Shown here: piece by piece, positions 13,148 to 26,269 of the stretch
Layout: every line of letters begins with the position of its first letter
Numbering within the stretch: the stretch's first letter is position 1
Source of the DNA: Takakia lepidozioides
Lineage: Eukaryota > Plantae > Bryophyta
DNA: 64,000 bases
Reading direction: 5' to 3'
Assembly (NCBI GenBank): GCA_030704615.1
Contig: CM060731.1
Coordinates: 47,306,001 to 47,370,000, forward strand
Program-made: the position numbers and the translations under genes
Notes under the pieces: generated by a model
What the model was told of the DNA's origin: nothing
What the model saw: the letters and a program-made list of their open reading frames with translations, nothing else
Databases searched by the model: none

Positions 13148-13272
13148 TGACCGCTAATACTGGCGGACGCTTAATTTAACAAAATATTAAATTACAAGCG
13201 ACCGCCAATATGGGCGGTCGCTTTTATTAAAAATAATAAATTATATGCGACCGCCAATATAGGCGGACTCAT
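13148..13272. repeat. Three GC-rich hairpins (GCGACCGCC-N6-GGCGGTCGC) in AT-rich spacers; probable DNA-transposon subterminal region
   Basis: gaccgctaatactggcggacgc, gcgaccgccaatatgggcggtcgc and gcgaccgccaatataggcggactc at ~50-bp spacing. Confidence 0.6.
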
Positions 13273-13553
13273 TTTTTAATATTTTAGAATTAATAAATAT
13301 TAATAATTGGCCACGTCTGTTTTACACCATGGCTGCCATGTCATTACAAAGGGTAGAAGTAAATCGTAAAAGTCAAATGTAAAAAAAATTACGTGGATAA
13401 ACGTCCGGATTCGACGTGACGTGACGACCGACGTGTCAGCGCCACGTCACGTCAGGAATGATAACTAGGCCAGCAACAACACGGAAGCTGGGGCTCCCGA
13501 TAATTGACGTGGGGGCCTCCGTTGAAGTGCGTTCTGCCAAATGAGAGCCACAA

Positions 13554-13890
13554 TTGGCGACAAGGGTGACGTTCAACATCCCTCTCCAGCTAGGGAGTTG
13601 GGAGGGACATGAGGACTTCACGATTTGCGAGGTTGATGGAGTTGATCTCATTTTGGGGATGTTATTTTTGAGTAAATACAGAGCGGTCATAGATGGCCAC
13701 AAGAGGTTGGTCATGCTGCCGTGTGGGAATGGTAGTAAAGTTTTGAGGGTATCAAAAACGCCCAACCGAGTGGGAAGACAAATAAATTACCTGCTAACGG
13801 CGAAGGAGTGGGCCATGGAGGAGCCACACGAGCCCGAGTTTTTGCTTTACGTGAGGCAAGTGGGTGGAGAAGTTGATAGGGAACCAAGCC
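13554..13890 (+). mobile_element. Ty3/Gypsy aspartic protease C-terminal fragment
   Basis: EDFTICEVDGVDLILGMLFLSKYRAVID (DxILGxxxL motif). Confidence 0.7.
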
Positions 13891-13892
13891 CA

Positions 13893-14330
13893 AATTGTCT
13901 CCATGCTTTTATCATCGATTGTTTTTGTATAGTGTTATACATCTCATACTGTCAACTACGTCCTTGCACAAAAATCAACTATTCACGTCCATTATTTTGC
14001 ATCTATCTTCTTCCTTCTTATCTCCCATTTCAAGAATAAAAAATCTCTAGATACTCACATTCTTAATTAGTCTACCACTGTATGGTACTAGGCTTCCTTC
14101 CACCTTCTTATGTCTCATTACTATTATGTTATGATAACATTATAATGCCTCAAGACAACGTACCATGTCCACAATCCTAGCAGATGTCTCTATCTCTACT
14201 TAACTTTGCCACCCCATTCTAGACGTCCCCCTTCCATGTTTGCAGGCTGGTTCATCCATAGCGACGGTGCTCTACAACGTAACTTAGTCATAATTAGGAT
14301 TTGAAATATATGTACATTGTCTACCCAGTC
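13893..14330 (+). repeat. ~440-bp repeat, inverted copy of 18112-18549
   Basis: aattgtctccatgcttttatcat...tgtacattgtcta matches the reverse complement of 18112-18549 with scattered mismatches. Confidence 0.85.
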
Positions 14331-14479
14331 AGTTGTGACAAATGAGTTGTAAGCACCATAGAGTCGTATCTGCCAGTCGTGGTGCTCACTGTTGACGTGG
14401 CAACGGGGACGCCTAATCATAGTCATTGATAAGACCGCAGTAAATGACTGCAAATCCATGTCAGTTTCACGACAGGGTC

Positions 14480-14700
14480 TTCATGACTTATATACGACTT
14501 CTGCGGATTAACCCCAGAACAACACGTGGAGAATACCGGGCATGACACGGTGAGGAGAGGGGGTCTTCCAAGACTGGCATGTATGACTTCCGCAGATTAA
14601 CCCCATGACAACACGTGGAGAATATGGGACATGACACGTGGCATGACAATATGGAGATGGAGGTTCTTTCGTGACTGGCATGTATGACTTCGGACGTTTA
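14480..14700. repeat. ~90-bp degenerate tandem repeat (2-3 copies)
   Basis: gactt..gcggattaacccc..acaacacgtggagaata...catgacacg repeated. Confidence 0.6.
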
Positions 14701-14710
14701 ATCCCAGGTC

Positions 14711-16412
14711 CAGTGGAGAATTGCTCGCACAAAGGCGGCGTTTCAAGGCAAGTGTTCCGCAATTTGAGTGGATACACGACAACGTTATTTAGAGATGATA
14801 GGGAGGAATCCAGATGGGGTTGTCCCTGCTCCTACTTTTACAGGAAGATTTGTCCATGCAAAGTTTGCGGAGGCGACAACCACCCAGTTCTAATTCTGCA
14901 GGCACGACATTATAACTTGCGTGTATGGAAAGCCCAAGTACGGCATACAAACAATGCCAGAGGCTCCCCTGGTGTGGCCGGTGGAACCAGGCTGCGATCT
15001 GAGGTTGAGGCTGACGCCCTTACTGCCGCAGACTTTCGGATGGTGCAGCGCACTGACATCCCTAGACAACCATTTCCGCTTCCACAGCCTCCACCACCGA
15101 CCCCTGTGAGAGCAAGAACAATGGGACGCGACAGCTCTAAGCATCCTACACACCGTTGGGGGAAACCGAAGAGGCGGCGACCTCCCTCAAAAGTGAACGA
15201 GACAAGGATGGGAATGCACTTCGGATGAACTGTACAATCCAGAGCTCGACAAAAGTGCCCCCACCAGGCTTCGGACGTGTGTATCAGATGGCCACGACAG
15301 GCTCAGCTGTTCGCAATGAGGTGTACACCATCACCATTTCAGAATTATCCACCTGCAATTGCACCGACTTCCAGATGATACAAGGGGGCATCATATTGCC
15401 CTTGCATGCATCTGTACTACATGTACCTAAAGAGACTCCGAGTAATTCCACAACTCATCACTTCATACATGCACCAGGGTTGAGCCCCAAGAGGTGCACA
15501 CTCTTCTGAATATGGATCCAGGGGACCAGTGAGCTTGGCTTGCGGTCCCCACACAATGGTACGCCCATCCTTTTCGGAGTTTCAGTTATAGTAGAACTGT
15601 ACTGCTGCAAGTACCTCTGACTCTGGCCACAAAAAGGTCCGACTTATGTCTTGCCTACCAGTAACCTGTTTTGCTCGAACTAAGATAATACTATGTCATT
15701 CACTTGTGTTTCCACGTGCTTGTATTTTTGTTTGTTGGAGGGTTCCTGTTTTTCTGCTCTCCCAAACTTTGCTTTCCTCATTTGACCCCGGGCAAGGAAA
15801 TGCGGCGCCGCATTTCCAAGTAACGTCGTAGGTACTAGTAGATGCGGCCTTTGTCATAGCAAGATAGTCGCACCCAGCCTTCAGGGAGCCGACCGTCGCC
15901 AACACCAAACCCCCCAGAAATTTCGCACGTGCGAACCCTAATGCGGCACCGCATTTCTCAGTTGAGTCGCAAAGCTTTCCCGCCGAATACCCGAAGATGA
16001 CAGAATTGTGAAGTACTGTAGACTTTATTGGTGCAGACTCTATTGGTTCAATCGCGGCAGAAGGGTCAGCTTCATTCCAATGTTAAGGCATGTAAAACCG
16101 CGGAATACTCTATACAGGCCAGTATGCGACGTCCTTTTGCCGTGGTATACGGGATTTCTCGTTGCACGGTCACTCATTTCCATGAGCGGAGTTGTTACTG
16201 ACGACATATCTTCGCCGCATTATATGATCTGGAACTTCCAAAAACAACAAGGTCAAATAAAAAACTATTATTTTAATACTTTTGTAATCTGCCGCATTTC
16301 CAAATTTGGAGGAGTCCGCTCATGAAATCCGCGTGTCTTAGACTTCGGCTCATGCGGCTCATGCGGCTCATGGCTCATGGCTCATGGTTTCTGCTCATGA
16401 AATAGTAAACCT
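14711..16412 (+). mobile_element. 5'-truncated copy of the Mutator-like family at 37135-41497 (SWIM region plus terminus)
   Basis: Reverse complement of ~37135-38865. Encodes VYTITISELSTCNCTDF; has GGCTCAT subterminal repeats and ends at ...ctcatgaaatagtaaacct. Confidence 0.9.
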
Positions 16413-18012
16413 CCACTTGAGTGAGCTTTGAATCTTCTCTTGTTGGGGCAGTTTAATGCTATGTGATCTTCTTCTCCGCAATAGAGGCATAATCCATTCG
16501 AGCGCCGTCTTTGTTTTCCTTGTGGCATCAATGGCTTGAATCGGACAGCATCAATCTGCAGGGGATCACTACCGGATGTCTGATGGATCGTTGTGTTTGG
16601 TGCCGTAGTAGCAGCGGCATGATGCGTCGTCGACCATCCAGATCGCTTCTCTTGATGTAAACGATTATCGCATGCAATGACTTGGGTGATGATTTCACTC
16701 AGTGTGCTCACGTTTGGCATTGTCTGCAACAAGTTTTTTATATCATCTTTTAGCCCACATCGAAACTGACTAATGAGGCTCTTCTCATTCCAGTCGAGAT
16801 CGCACGCAAGTTGTCGAAATTCGGCAGCATAAACGGAAGCAGGACGTGCTCTTTGTCGAAGATTTCGCATCTTTGTCTCGGCAACTCTCTCTCTATTATT
16901 CTCTCCAAACGTTGTAGTGAACTCGGACATGAATGCTTCAAAATTATATAGTAAATGCGATTTTTTTTTCTAATAATGGTGCAAACCAAGATAGGGCAGT
17001 GCCTGATAAAATGGTGCCCACGAATCCCACTTGAATATCTTCATCGGGGCAGTATTGTGGATGTAGTCGTAGGCACAGTCGTACTTGTTGAATAAAACCG
17101 CGAAATCTTGATCTCGTCCCCTCAAATTTCTCGGGCATGCTGATCTTTGGTTCTCTCGTAATCTGTTGAAGATGAACCGTTGCAGTAGAAGAAGTTGTAG
17201 TAGAGACTCGTATAGTTGAAGATCCATTGTTCGACTCCTTTAACTCTGAAATTTGTTGTTGCAAATTGTAGAGAGCGTTGTCAAGATCTTGAGACTGATC
17301 AGCTTGCAATTGGGCAGTAGAGTTACGAAGTTCTTGCATCTGGAGCTGAAGACTCTGCAATGTGGCGACCATTTTTCGCAAATGTGCCTTCCATCTTAAC
17401 TAATTAAAGAACAAACTTTAGTCTCGCCAAACTGTCAAGGACAAGAACATGACTGAACACAAACAAGAGATCAAACTAGAGGTACAAGACTAGACAAGAA
17501 GTCAAAGTCGGCGTGGCCGAATGCATGATGAATAAATAGGAATCGAGATGATATTTAAAACAATGAACAAGAGTAGAAGATATTGGAATACGACTTGAAT
17601 ACTGGAATGCTGGAAACTGGACTGGAGTACCAGATACTGGAAACTGGGATAGAGTACTGGGAACTAGAAACAAGAGTAGCTTGAACTGGTGTTGGCGAGA
17701 CTGAAGAGTGTCCAGTCTCGCCTCCTATATATACTGGCTACTAGGAGGTTCCCTAAGAGGCTTCCCCAAAGGAGGTTTCTTGATGGAGAAGTTTCTTTAA
17801 ACAAAGGAGGTATTTTGATGGAGAAGTTTCATCCAAATGAAGCTTTCTGAGCAGTTTCCCAAGTTACTCTCGGTAATTTGATAAACTCCCGGTAACTTGG
17901 TAACTAATGGTAACTTATGGTAAATCATGGTAGATCATGGTAGATCACGGTAACTTTTGGTAACTTGGTAACTTCTGGTATTTACTCCCTCCTCTGGGCT
18001 ATGTCCGTGACA
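16413..18012 (-). mobile_element. Tcn1/sushi-like chromovirus (Ty3/Gypsy): 5' LTR plus gag, truncated by the MULE end
   Basis: gag ORFs 17381-16944 and 16930-16413 (EPKISMPEKFEGTRSRFRGF, SGTALSWF, CLYCGEEDHIALNC). LTR TGTCA...TGACA spans 18012-17433. Confidence 0.9.
17433..18012 (-). repeat. 5' LTR with TATA box and downstream self-priming PBS
   Basis: TG...CA termini. TATATATA (~17733-17726) lies ~31 nt upstream of AGTCTCGCCAA, which is complementary to TTGGCGAGACT just after the LTR (~17430-17420). Confidence 0.8.
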
Positions 18013-18111
18013 CACCACAGGGGCAGCCCTTCTTGTGTCTCGACCCCCCACCCTCAAGGCAAAGGGCCGCGACATACCATGTATTAATTATGATGAGGCC
18101 GGCTTGGAATG

Positions 18112-18549
18112 GACTGCTAGACAATGTACATACATTTCAAATCCTAACTATGACTAAGCTATGTTGTAGGGCACCGCCGCTCTGGGTGAACCGGCCTGCA
18201 AACATGGAAGGGGGACATCTAGAATAAAGGTGGCATATTAAGTAGAGATAGAGGCATTTGCATTGGAATCTTGTGGACATGGTATGTTGTCTTGAGGCAT
18301 AATGTTATCATAACATAATAGTAATGAGACATAAGAAGGTGGATGGAAGCCTAGTACAATACAATGGTAGACTAATCAAGAAGGTGAGTATCTAGAGGTT
18401 TTTTATTCTTGAAATGGAAGATAAGAAGGAAGAAAATAGACGCAACACGATGGACGTGAATAGATTGATTTTTGTGCAAGGTGGTTGACAGCATGAGATG
18501 TACGACACTATACAAAAACAGTCTAGATGATAAAAGCATGGAGACAATT
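18112..18549 (-). repeat. ~440-bp repeat, inverted copy of 13893-14330
   Basis: Direct visual alignment. Confidence 0.85.
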
Positions 18550-19084
18550 ATGAAGTGAATGCTTCTCGTATTATCATAACACTGAGTCTCACTCATGAAG
18601 CTCTTTCACGCAACAAGTGTTCTGAGACATTGCGATCAAGAGCATTAATTATTCATAGAAGAAAACGGAGCCAGAAATATTAGAGTGAATTTCATCTCAA
18701 AATTTTCTAAAACTTACTTGTAAAAACTGATAATATGTATTCAATGCACTCTACGACATTGGCACAAGATCAATCATCGGATCATTGACCAGCCCATTTT
18801 CTATATGAATCGCTTGATGCATAATGCACAGAGCTCGTTGAATCAAGAGGGGAGGTTTTTCCTATCACGTGGTCTACTGTTGTATTCATAAAAATAGGGT
18901 GAAGTTGTATACAATACTTCAGTTTTCTCATTGAATGGAATTCTAAATTTAGATGGAATGTTGCAAAACAATCTTTCAATATGATATGCAATTAAATGAT
19001 CATATGTGAACTAGACAAAGTAGTTTTCTAGATATAATTGCATAGTAAATTATGTAATTATCCAGTATTTATACAGTTCTAAGT

Positions 19085-21852
19085 TTATGCTTTATCTAGA
19101 AGATCACTGCTTTCCAGATAAGCCTTCACGGCAGGGCGAGGTGTAGCAGTAGCGAATAGTGGGTTTTTCAAGTGAAGCACAAACCCATTTCCCTCAGTGA
19201 TATCCATGTCTGCAGGGCTCTTTCCTAAAGGGGGTGTCCAGTCAAATGCGTGCAACATGGAAGCTAATGTCAATTGATAGAAGCGAATTGCTAATGACAT
19301 ACCTATGCAAATGCGTCTTCCACCTCCAAATGGAATAAGTTGATCGTCATTGCCCAAAACATTCAAACCAGAGTTCAAAAAACGCTCAGGCATGAATTTG
19401 TTGGGATCTGACCACACTGCAGGATCCCGTTGAATGGCAAAAGTGTTGAAAATGACCGTCGTGTTTGCAGGAATCGTATACCCTGCAAAGTTAGTGACTT
19501 CTTGTGGATTGTATCGAGGAACACCCATTGCGGCACTTGGGTGGAGACGAAATGACTCTTTCATGACTGCCTGCAGTGCGCCACAAGTGAGAATTGTTAG
19601 TGTAAACGTTCATAAACAAAACCCAAAAATGCTAGAAATAGTTACATGCAAGTAGAAGTTGTGATCAGCTCCATATTATCCTCTTTGAACACTTTGGTCA
19701 TATAGTTGAGCTCCAGTTCAAAATTCCGGAGTTCCCCAGGGCCTGCATTAATCTTCCTAGCACTATAGGAGAGGCTCTTTATAAGTTTCTTTGGGGGATC
19801 GAAGCAAGAAAAAATTGCTATCCCTTACTATAGCTCCAGCTATAATGGGGTCCTGGTCAACCAGTTACTAGATGTGTGGATATGTGGGGCGATGAGTTTA
19901 GAAACCACGTTGTTCTAGTTTGTTTTGGTAAGCGTACTCAACCTTTTCTCCCCCACCTTATAAAGAGTTTTTGCATTAGAGGGAGTTTTGGCAGTATCCT
20001 TAAATTTCTGGATTTCATTGTAAAATTATGATACAACAGTCATGAAAACTCTTGACCATGAATAATTTTGAGCTGGTCGACATAAAAACTCATGACCATA
20101 TACACTAGACTAGCCAAATTAATGCACTCATATACAGATGTTGCTTGTCGTATAAGCTTTGTGGCCATAGACCCAGTGCTGATGAGTTTAGGTGGAACAA
20201 AAGAGAATCTATAGATATATTATCTTTAATGTGAGGTAGGGGACTTACCTTGATATAAATAGTCATATAATAAGAGACAGAGACATAGGAACTTTTGCAC
20301 AATATTGGAATGTGTAACTATCGTGCATATAATAAATTTTCTAGATGGTTACAAGATATGGACTCTCATCGGGCAGAAACCACATTGATACCTGTAGGTA
20401 GGGCATCTTGGGAAGGTCTAACTCTTTGACATTCTGGTGAACTCCAACCACAACATCAATCTCTTTTTGGAGTTCTTTCATCACGTGCGGATGTCGAATG
20501 AGCTCTATAAGTGTCCACTCCATGGATGCGATCATATTATCAGAGGCCCCAGACTGCATATCCTGTATTCAAATGAGCATAATATTACATTAGCGTACTC
20601 TAGTTCTAATCAGCGCGTCGTGGCATGTCTATCCCCGACTAGTAGAACCAGGTTGTCAGATATTAGTTTCTTTGTTCTTCATACCTATAACTACTCAATG
20701 GACTCTCCAACTTATTACATTAATTAATCTATATAATATGTAATTGATGTGTCACGTGTGCTTAAAGTGCTCTCATGTTGTCAATGTTATAAACCCAAGG
20801 CGTGAACTTTATCACATTTGACCGCAGCGATAAATTTGCACTTTCAAAATGAAAGATTATTGTGTAATAGATTGGGGACAAAGCTAGAGTGGAGAAAAAT
20901 AACTTACAAAGATGAGAGACATCACGAGTTCATCGGATAAAGAGTTCTCCATAAGTATATCAGTAAAGTCCAACTGATCTGGACTATGGGTGATCGACCT
21001 ATTTGCCTTGGCCTTTCGGTGCTCCTTCAAAATGTAGGAGCCCATCTCATCAATGATCGGCTTTAGCTGTTTTAAGTTGGCCTCATAGCTCTGTAGATCA
21101 AACCTCCTCAACATTGGAATTAGGTCGCCAATATTGAGCCTCCCAGCCGTACCTATTACTTTCTCAAACAAGTCTTTGAAAATTTCAAGCTTTTCTTGCA
21201 CTTGTTTATCAGCTCTGTACAACCGACCAAGCTGGGTCCTGTACATGGTTTCTACATTGAGCCGTTGCAAGGGAGGATGGATCTCAACTACTTCTCCTAG
21301 TGTTTGGGTTGAATCCCAAAAAGACTTTATCAACTCTACAACCCCTTTATACCGCAGATTTGATGACGCATCCAGCCTTGCACTTGTAAAAAGCTCTGTC
21401 TTACATATTTGACGTAAGTGTCGTAGCTGAGGTGTGTAGACCATGAGTCCCATGGCATTTGGCAAGTACTTGCAAAATGTGTAAAAAATCGTTGAGGCGG
21501 GTCTTGAGGCAAATGCAAGATCGTTGACTTTGAACAGCTCCCTACTCATCTTCGCATTTGAGACCACTAAGACTGGAGTTGTCCCAAAGTGCATGTACAT
21601 GAGGCCTCCATATTTTTTCCAAGCAAGTTCAGCCAGGTTTCTATGTGGTTGCACACCCAAAGAAAACAAGTTGCCCACAATTGGCCATGCGGGAGGACCT
21701 GGTGGTAGTTTTTTCTTGCGCACTGACATCTTTAGACAGATGAAACCAAGAATTGTAGCGGCCAGAAGTGATTGCAACATCCACCCAATCCATGCCTTGC
21801 TTGCAACCAACACTGAAATTGCCGCAGGCACTGTAGAATTCCAACTCTCCAT
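19085..21852 (-). CDS. Cytochrome P450, clan 71 (A-type), 3 exons: 21852-20908, 20562-20392, 19570-19085 (~533 aa)
   Basis: TM anchor plus LPPGPPAWPIVGNL; K-helix KESFRLHP; FMPERF; heme motif PFGGGRRICIG. GT-AG phase-0 introns join the exons in frame with no stops. Confidence 0.92.
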
Positions 21853-24819
21853 CGCCAAGGGTGACTCTCCTGATAATATCCCAGCTTTCTACTCCAAATT
21901 TTCTTTCGAAGCTACATGAGATCTGAGTTCACTACATACTTCTCCGCAAGCCCAAATTATCATCTCTTTTCTCTTGTGTCATGTGACGGTTGGACATTTC
22001 ACAAGCCCTCATTAATTTGAGAGAACCTAATGCCTCATCGCCATCGCAATGTCCGCACCCATGTTTTTTATAAAATAAATAAAATGTTATTCTCAGATTG
22101 TTCCAAAAAACTCAACAACATGCAAACCCAACAAAAATAAGTGTACAGGGTGTATATGTGAATCTTTCATTCACTCTAAAGGGGTTACCTTCCTGGGGGT
22201 ATTTCTTCAAATCTTTTTCTTTTCCAGATATTAAGTTAAAATAGTCGCAGAATATATCAAATTCCAGAAAAGTTAACATACTTGAAGAATATTTTGGAAG
22301 GCATACATGTAGGATAACTCATGCAACTTTTTTTATTTCTTTTTCTTTGCAACTTATGTTTCATTCACACACATGTATTGTGTGCTAATAAAAATATAGT
22401 ATCTGTTTTATACTGATTTGTGGGATCTACAACTAGGACAACCAGAAATATTGGGAAAGATCTTAAAGAAGTCTGATTCGATGAGCCTTCGCTAAATTAG
22501 TATCTTCTCATGTATCCGTACATGTAAAAGCCATCGTTGTCGGATGAGTATTATTATTTTTAATACCAGCCAGGTCCTGATATTGAATTTTTTTTATTTT
22601 TTAATACCAAGTTGGCCAATATTCGTCGGTTTCCAATAAAAGCATTTCTCGATTTGTGGATGGTTGTCAACTCGACTGGTATTCCAATGATAATGCTAAC
22701 TGGTTACCAACCCAGATAAATATAATTTAAACTACGAACTAAAAAATAAAAGATGTTTTACCTTAAATTTCTATTTTTTAAATAAAAATTATATTCATAC
22801 TTTGTTTCCAAAAGAAAATAAATTATGTATTATAAACTCGTCTCCATTTCCACAGATAGACTCGCAGTTCTCATCCTGATAGCCAATTAGCAATAGCTTC
22901 TCCCTCTTCTTGCCTCATCAGATTCGCCCCTGCTCTCTCCTTCCCTCCCGGCCACCTCCAAGCACCCTCTCCAGCCTTCGGCTTCCCTGTTTTCCGTTCT
23001 CTCCACTGTCGTAGATCTAGACCTACTTTCGTTACTGTTAATGGATTCTTGAAGCAATGTAAGTCTACAAGGTTTTCGATAAGGCTTCAAGCCCATGTCG
23101 GTTCATAATGTCGTTTATACGAGAGTCCACTCTCAGGTTATGGTCCTAGAGTTATCCAGCACGGTCCTCCGTGAGTTAAGCCTTATGGCAGCATGCGGGC
23201 ACTTCAAGGGTTTTAATTTTTTGCCCTTCAAATAATCAAGTAATAAAGTTCTCAGGGCTCCATCCCTGTTTCACCAAGAATTTTTTTAAAAAGAAATAAA
23301 AAATAATAATGTAGCTAAAGCGAGTCGGCCTTTTGCATTACATATGCATATTTATAGGTATGTGCAAAATCCGGTTAGAAATTTATCTACAAGCTTCAAA
23401 ATGCTCATATTTGCAACGAGGTCCTCAATTCTCGTTGATCATATTGCATTCCCAGGACAGACAAAAAATCTTTCACCCAAGAGAGGCAGCCCACCAAGGT
23501 AGGACATGGTGGGGTAAAGATTGAAGAGGATGTGGCGGTGATTGGGGCTGCACATACCGTTGTCCATCCGCCCAAAATTGGTTAATAGTTTTACTTAATA
23601 CGTATACCTTGTACATGGTCCTTGCTTTTGCCCCTAATCCAGGTATTGTTGGGGTGTTCCCTTCAATGCCAATACTAGCCTAGATAGGGTATTGATTTTG
23701 GAAGTGCCAATAGTAACAAGAAGGTCCGGTTCTTAATCTTAAAAATACTTACCAGCTAGGTCGGTATTTTGTTACTTGGGACAATACCCTATCTACCATT
23801 CCAACATTGGTGTCCACCCTTCCCAACGGAAGGCAATAATTGTTGGGGATAAATTGACACTATAAATTACATGTGTTGTGGCACGACTCTTCCCACCTCT
23901 ATCAAATAAACAAGATTAAATAAACAATAGACAAACCAAGTAAACGTTTGCAGTTTTTGGTTGGTTTGATTTGGATTCTCTTTCAATTGTATTCTATGAT
24001 CTAAATATTTCCTTAACATGAAAATGTAGCATCAGAATTGATACATTTGTGAATTTGTTGGCTTGCCCCTAGGCAGAGTATACGCAAGTGGTTTCTCCTC
24101 CTTGTCACAAGACCAATGTTTTTGTTGGATGATTGTCATTCATTGTCACATCCATTTTGGAACGCATGCAGTGACATAAGAGAGTTATTTTTTCTTCGTT
24201 GCATTAGCTGAGGGTTGCTGGGTTGTTTGTTTGAGGTGTTTATTGGCTCCTCCCCATGGAGTGACCGCTCATAGGTAGTTTTCTCCTAACTTACCTTCCC
24301 AGTTAATACCTATTTATCAAGATCATACCTTTCCCAATAAATACAACTATAATTGATAGGAACAACATTATGATAGGTACCCATCAAACATGACTCAATG
24401 GTATAAATATCCTTCCAGAAGGTAATAAACATATTTGTTTGGATTTCTTATAAACTTTGAAAAATGATAAGAACAATCTTCCGGAGGGTACACCAACATG
24501 TTTGGATTGAGCAATTTTATCGGGATAACCTTCTGGTAGGTACCCATCAAAACATAATGGAATTTTCCATTATGAGTTGGAAAGGTAGAGCCAACTGATG
24601 GGCACAATAATGTTGTGACACGTATAGCATAAGAGAATCCAGTGGCCCAAGCTGCTGGATCATGCGCTTTTGCTTTTACTGAGTATGAAGTTGTGGCACC
24701 TCAGCATGAGGAGCTCAGTGAGTTACTTGATTGCAACTCTTTGAGACGGACACATTGAGCTCCAACAAAGTTCAACGATTACTATATGAGCAACCGAGTC
24801 AACTCTAAATTTGCTAGGA

Positions 24820-25790
24820 TTGTTGTGTCAAAGGACATCCCTGACGAACCAAGAAACTATGAAGAAGCAATTTGAGGCCAGCAATGCAAAGAGTGGAAGG
24901 AAGCCATGGTGGATGAGTACAAATCACTCCTAAACAATAATGTTTGGGTGCTTGCTGACCTGCCACTTGGTAGAAAGCAATCAAGTCTAAGTGGGTCTTT
25001 AATGTGAAAACCAAGTCAGATGGTTCAATTGCGAGGTACAAAGCACGATTGGTGGCAAAGGGCTACTCGCAGCAGTATGGGATTGACTGTGAAGATACAT
25101 TCTCTCCCGCGCAACATATGCACATCATCCAGTTTGACATAAAAATGGTCTTTTTGTATGGGAATCTGGAGGAAGAGATTTGTAGCTCAAGAAAAGCCTT
25201 TACAAGCTGAAACAAGCTTGTCGGGTTTGGAACAAGCGATTCAACGAGTTCCTTGTTGGGTACGATCTAGAGCCCACTACTGCACATCATTGTGTGTATT
25301 CCAATAAGAAGGCACCGCTTATGATAACCACGATATTTGTCGATGACGCGGGCCTTGTACGTAGCCTTAACACTGTTCGGATGTGGGACATGATTGAGTT
25401 CATTAGGAACAAATTTAAGGTCACTGTGAGCGATGCGGATCATGTCTATATTGTAGGTCTATACATAATCTGAGATAGGCATCTACAGATTCTTTGGATT
25501 GACCAAGCTAGGTACGTCATAAGCATCTTGAAGCGATATGGCTTTGAGAACGCAACGCTAGTACCAACCTTTGCGGATCCAAATGCCACCTTGACGTGCG
25601 TGGGAGCGATGAGGAGCAAGTAATTGAAACTGGTTTCCCATATTCCGAAGCTGTTGGAAGGTTGATGTTGCAGATGGCCGGCACACAACCAGATAGCCAA
25701 ATTTAAAAGCAAGCCACAACACATGCATTATAATGTCGTTAGAAGAATCTTTTGTTATTTGTGTGGCACCATTCACTACAGTCTACGCTA
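24820..25790 (+). mobile_element. Ty1/Copia RT remnant
   Basis: KSDGSIARYKARLVAKGYSQQYGID.EDTFSP, QFDIKMVFLYGNLEEEI, SLYKLKQA.RVWN, IFVDD; frameshifted. Confidence 0.9.
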
Positions 25791-26269
25791 CAATGGAGCC
25801 CCAATGGAGGGGCCAACGATAAAACCCTATTTGAACTAATTCTGGACTTTGGCTTAAATCCGGATCAAACTTAATATATTACTGAATTAATTCAAATATT
25901 AATAATATTATGGTGTAATGTGTGAATGAACTTTGTGAAATTATAGGTGATGTCATACTTGCTTCAAAATGTGTCATATAAGAGGTCCAGTTGACATTGA
26001 AGTGCTTGTGGAGTTGCAGTACTCAACAATTCATGAAACGTCCAGTGGGAAGTCGAATGATGTCATAATATTACATTATGCGATAAACAAATGTGTCGCA
26101 TCGAACATCAGGCAAACTCCTACTCTACCATACTCGACACAACTTGCTAATTTTAATTGAATCTTCATGTCAAGCACATTCATAGACAACACCATTGGAA
26201 TGATGTTTTGGGAGTAACAAGGGCAGTAAAATATTAAAATAGCATGAAACATTAGGAAGAGGTAACAGG

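Noticed and set aside
19085-21852. Assigning the P450 to CYP79 or a flavonoid hydroxylase
   Set aside because: It lacks the CYP79 PERH and SFxTGxRGC variants; the family cannot be set without a phylogeny.
22000-24600. Possible MITE/LTR pieces upstream of the P450
   Set aside because: Only short local duplications (e.g. taggtacccatcaaa at ~24374 and ~24536); no definable termini
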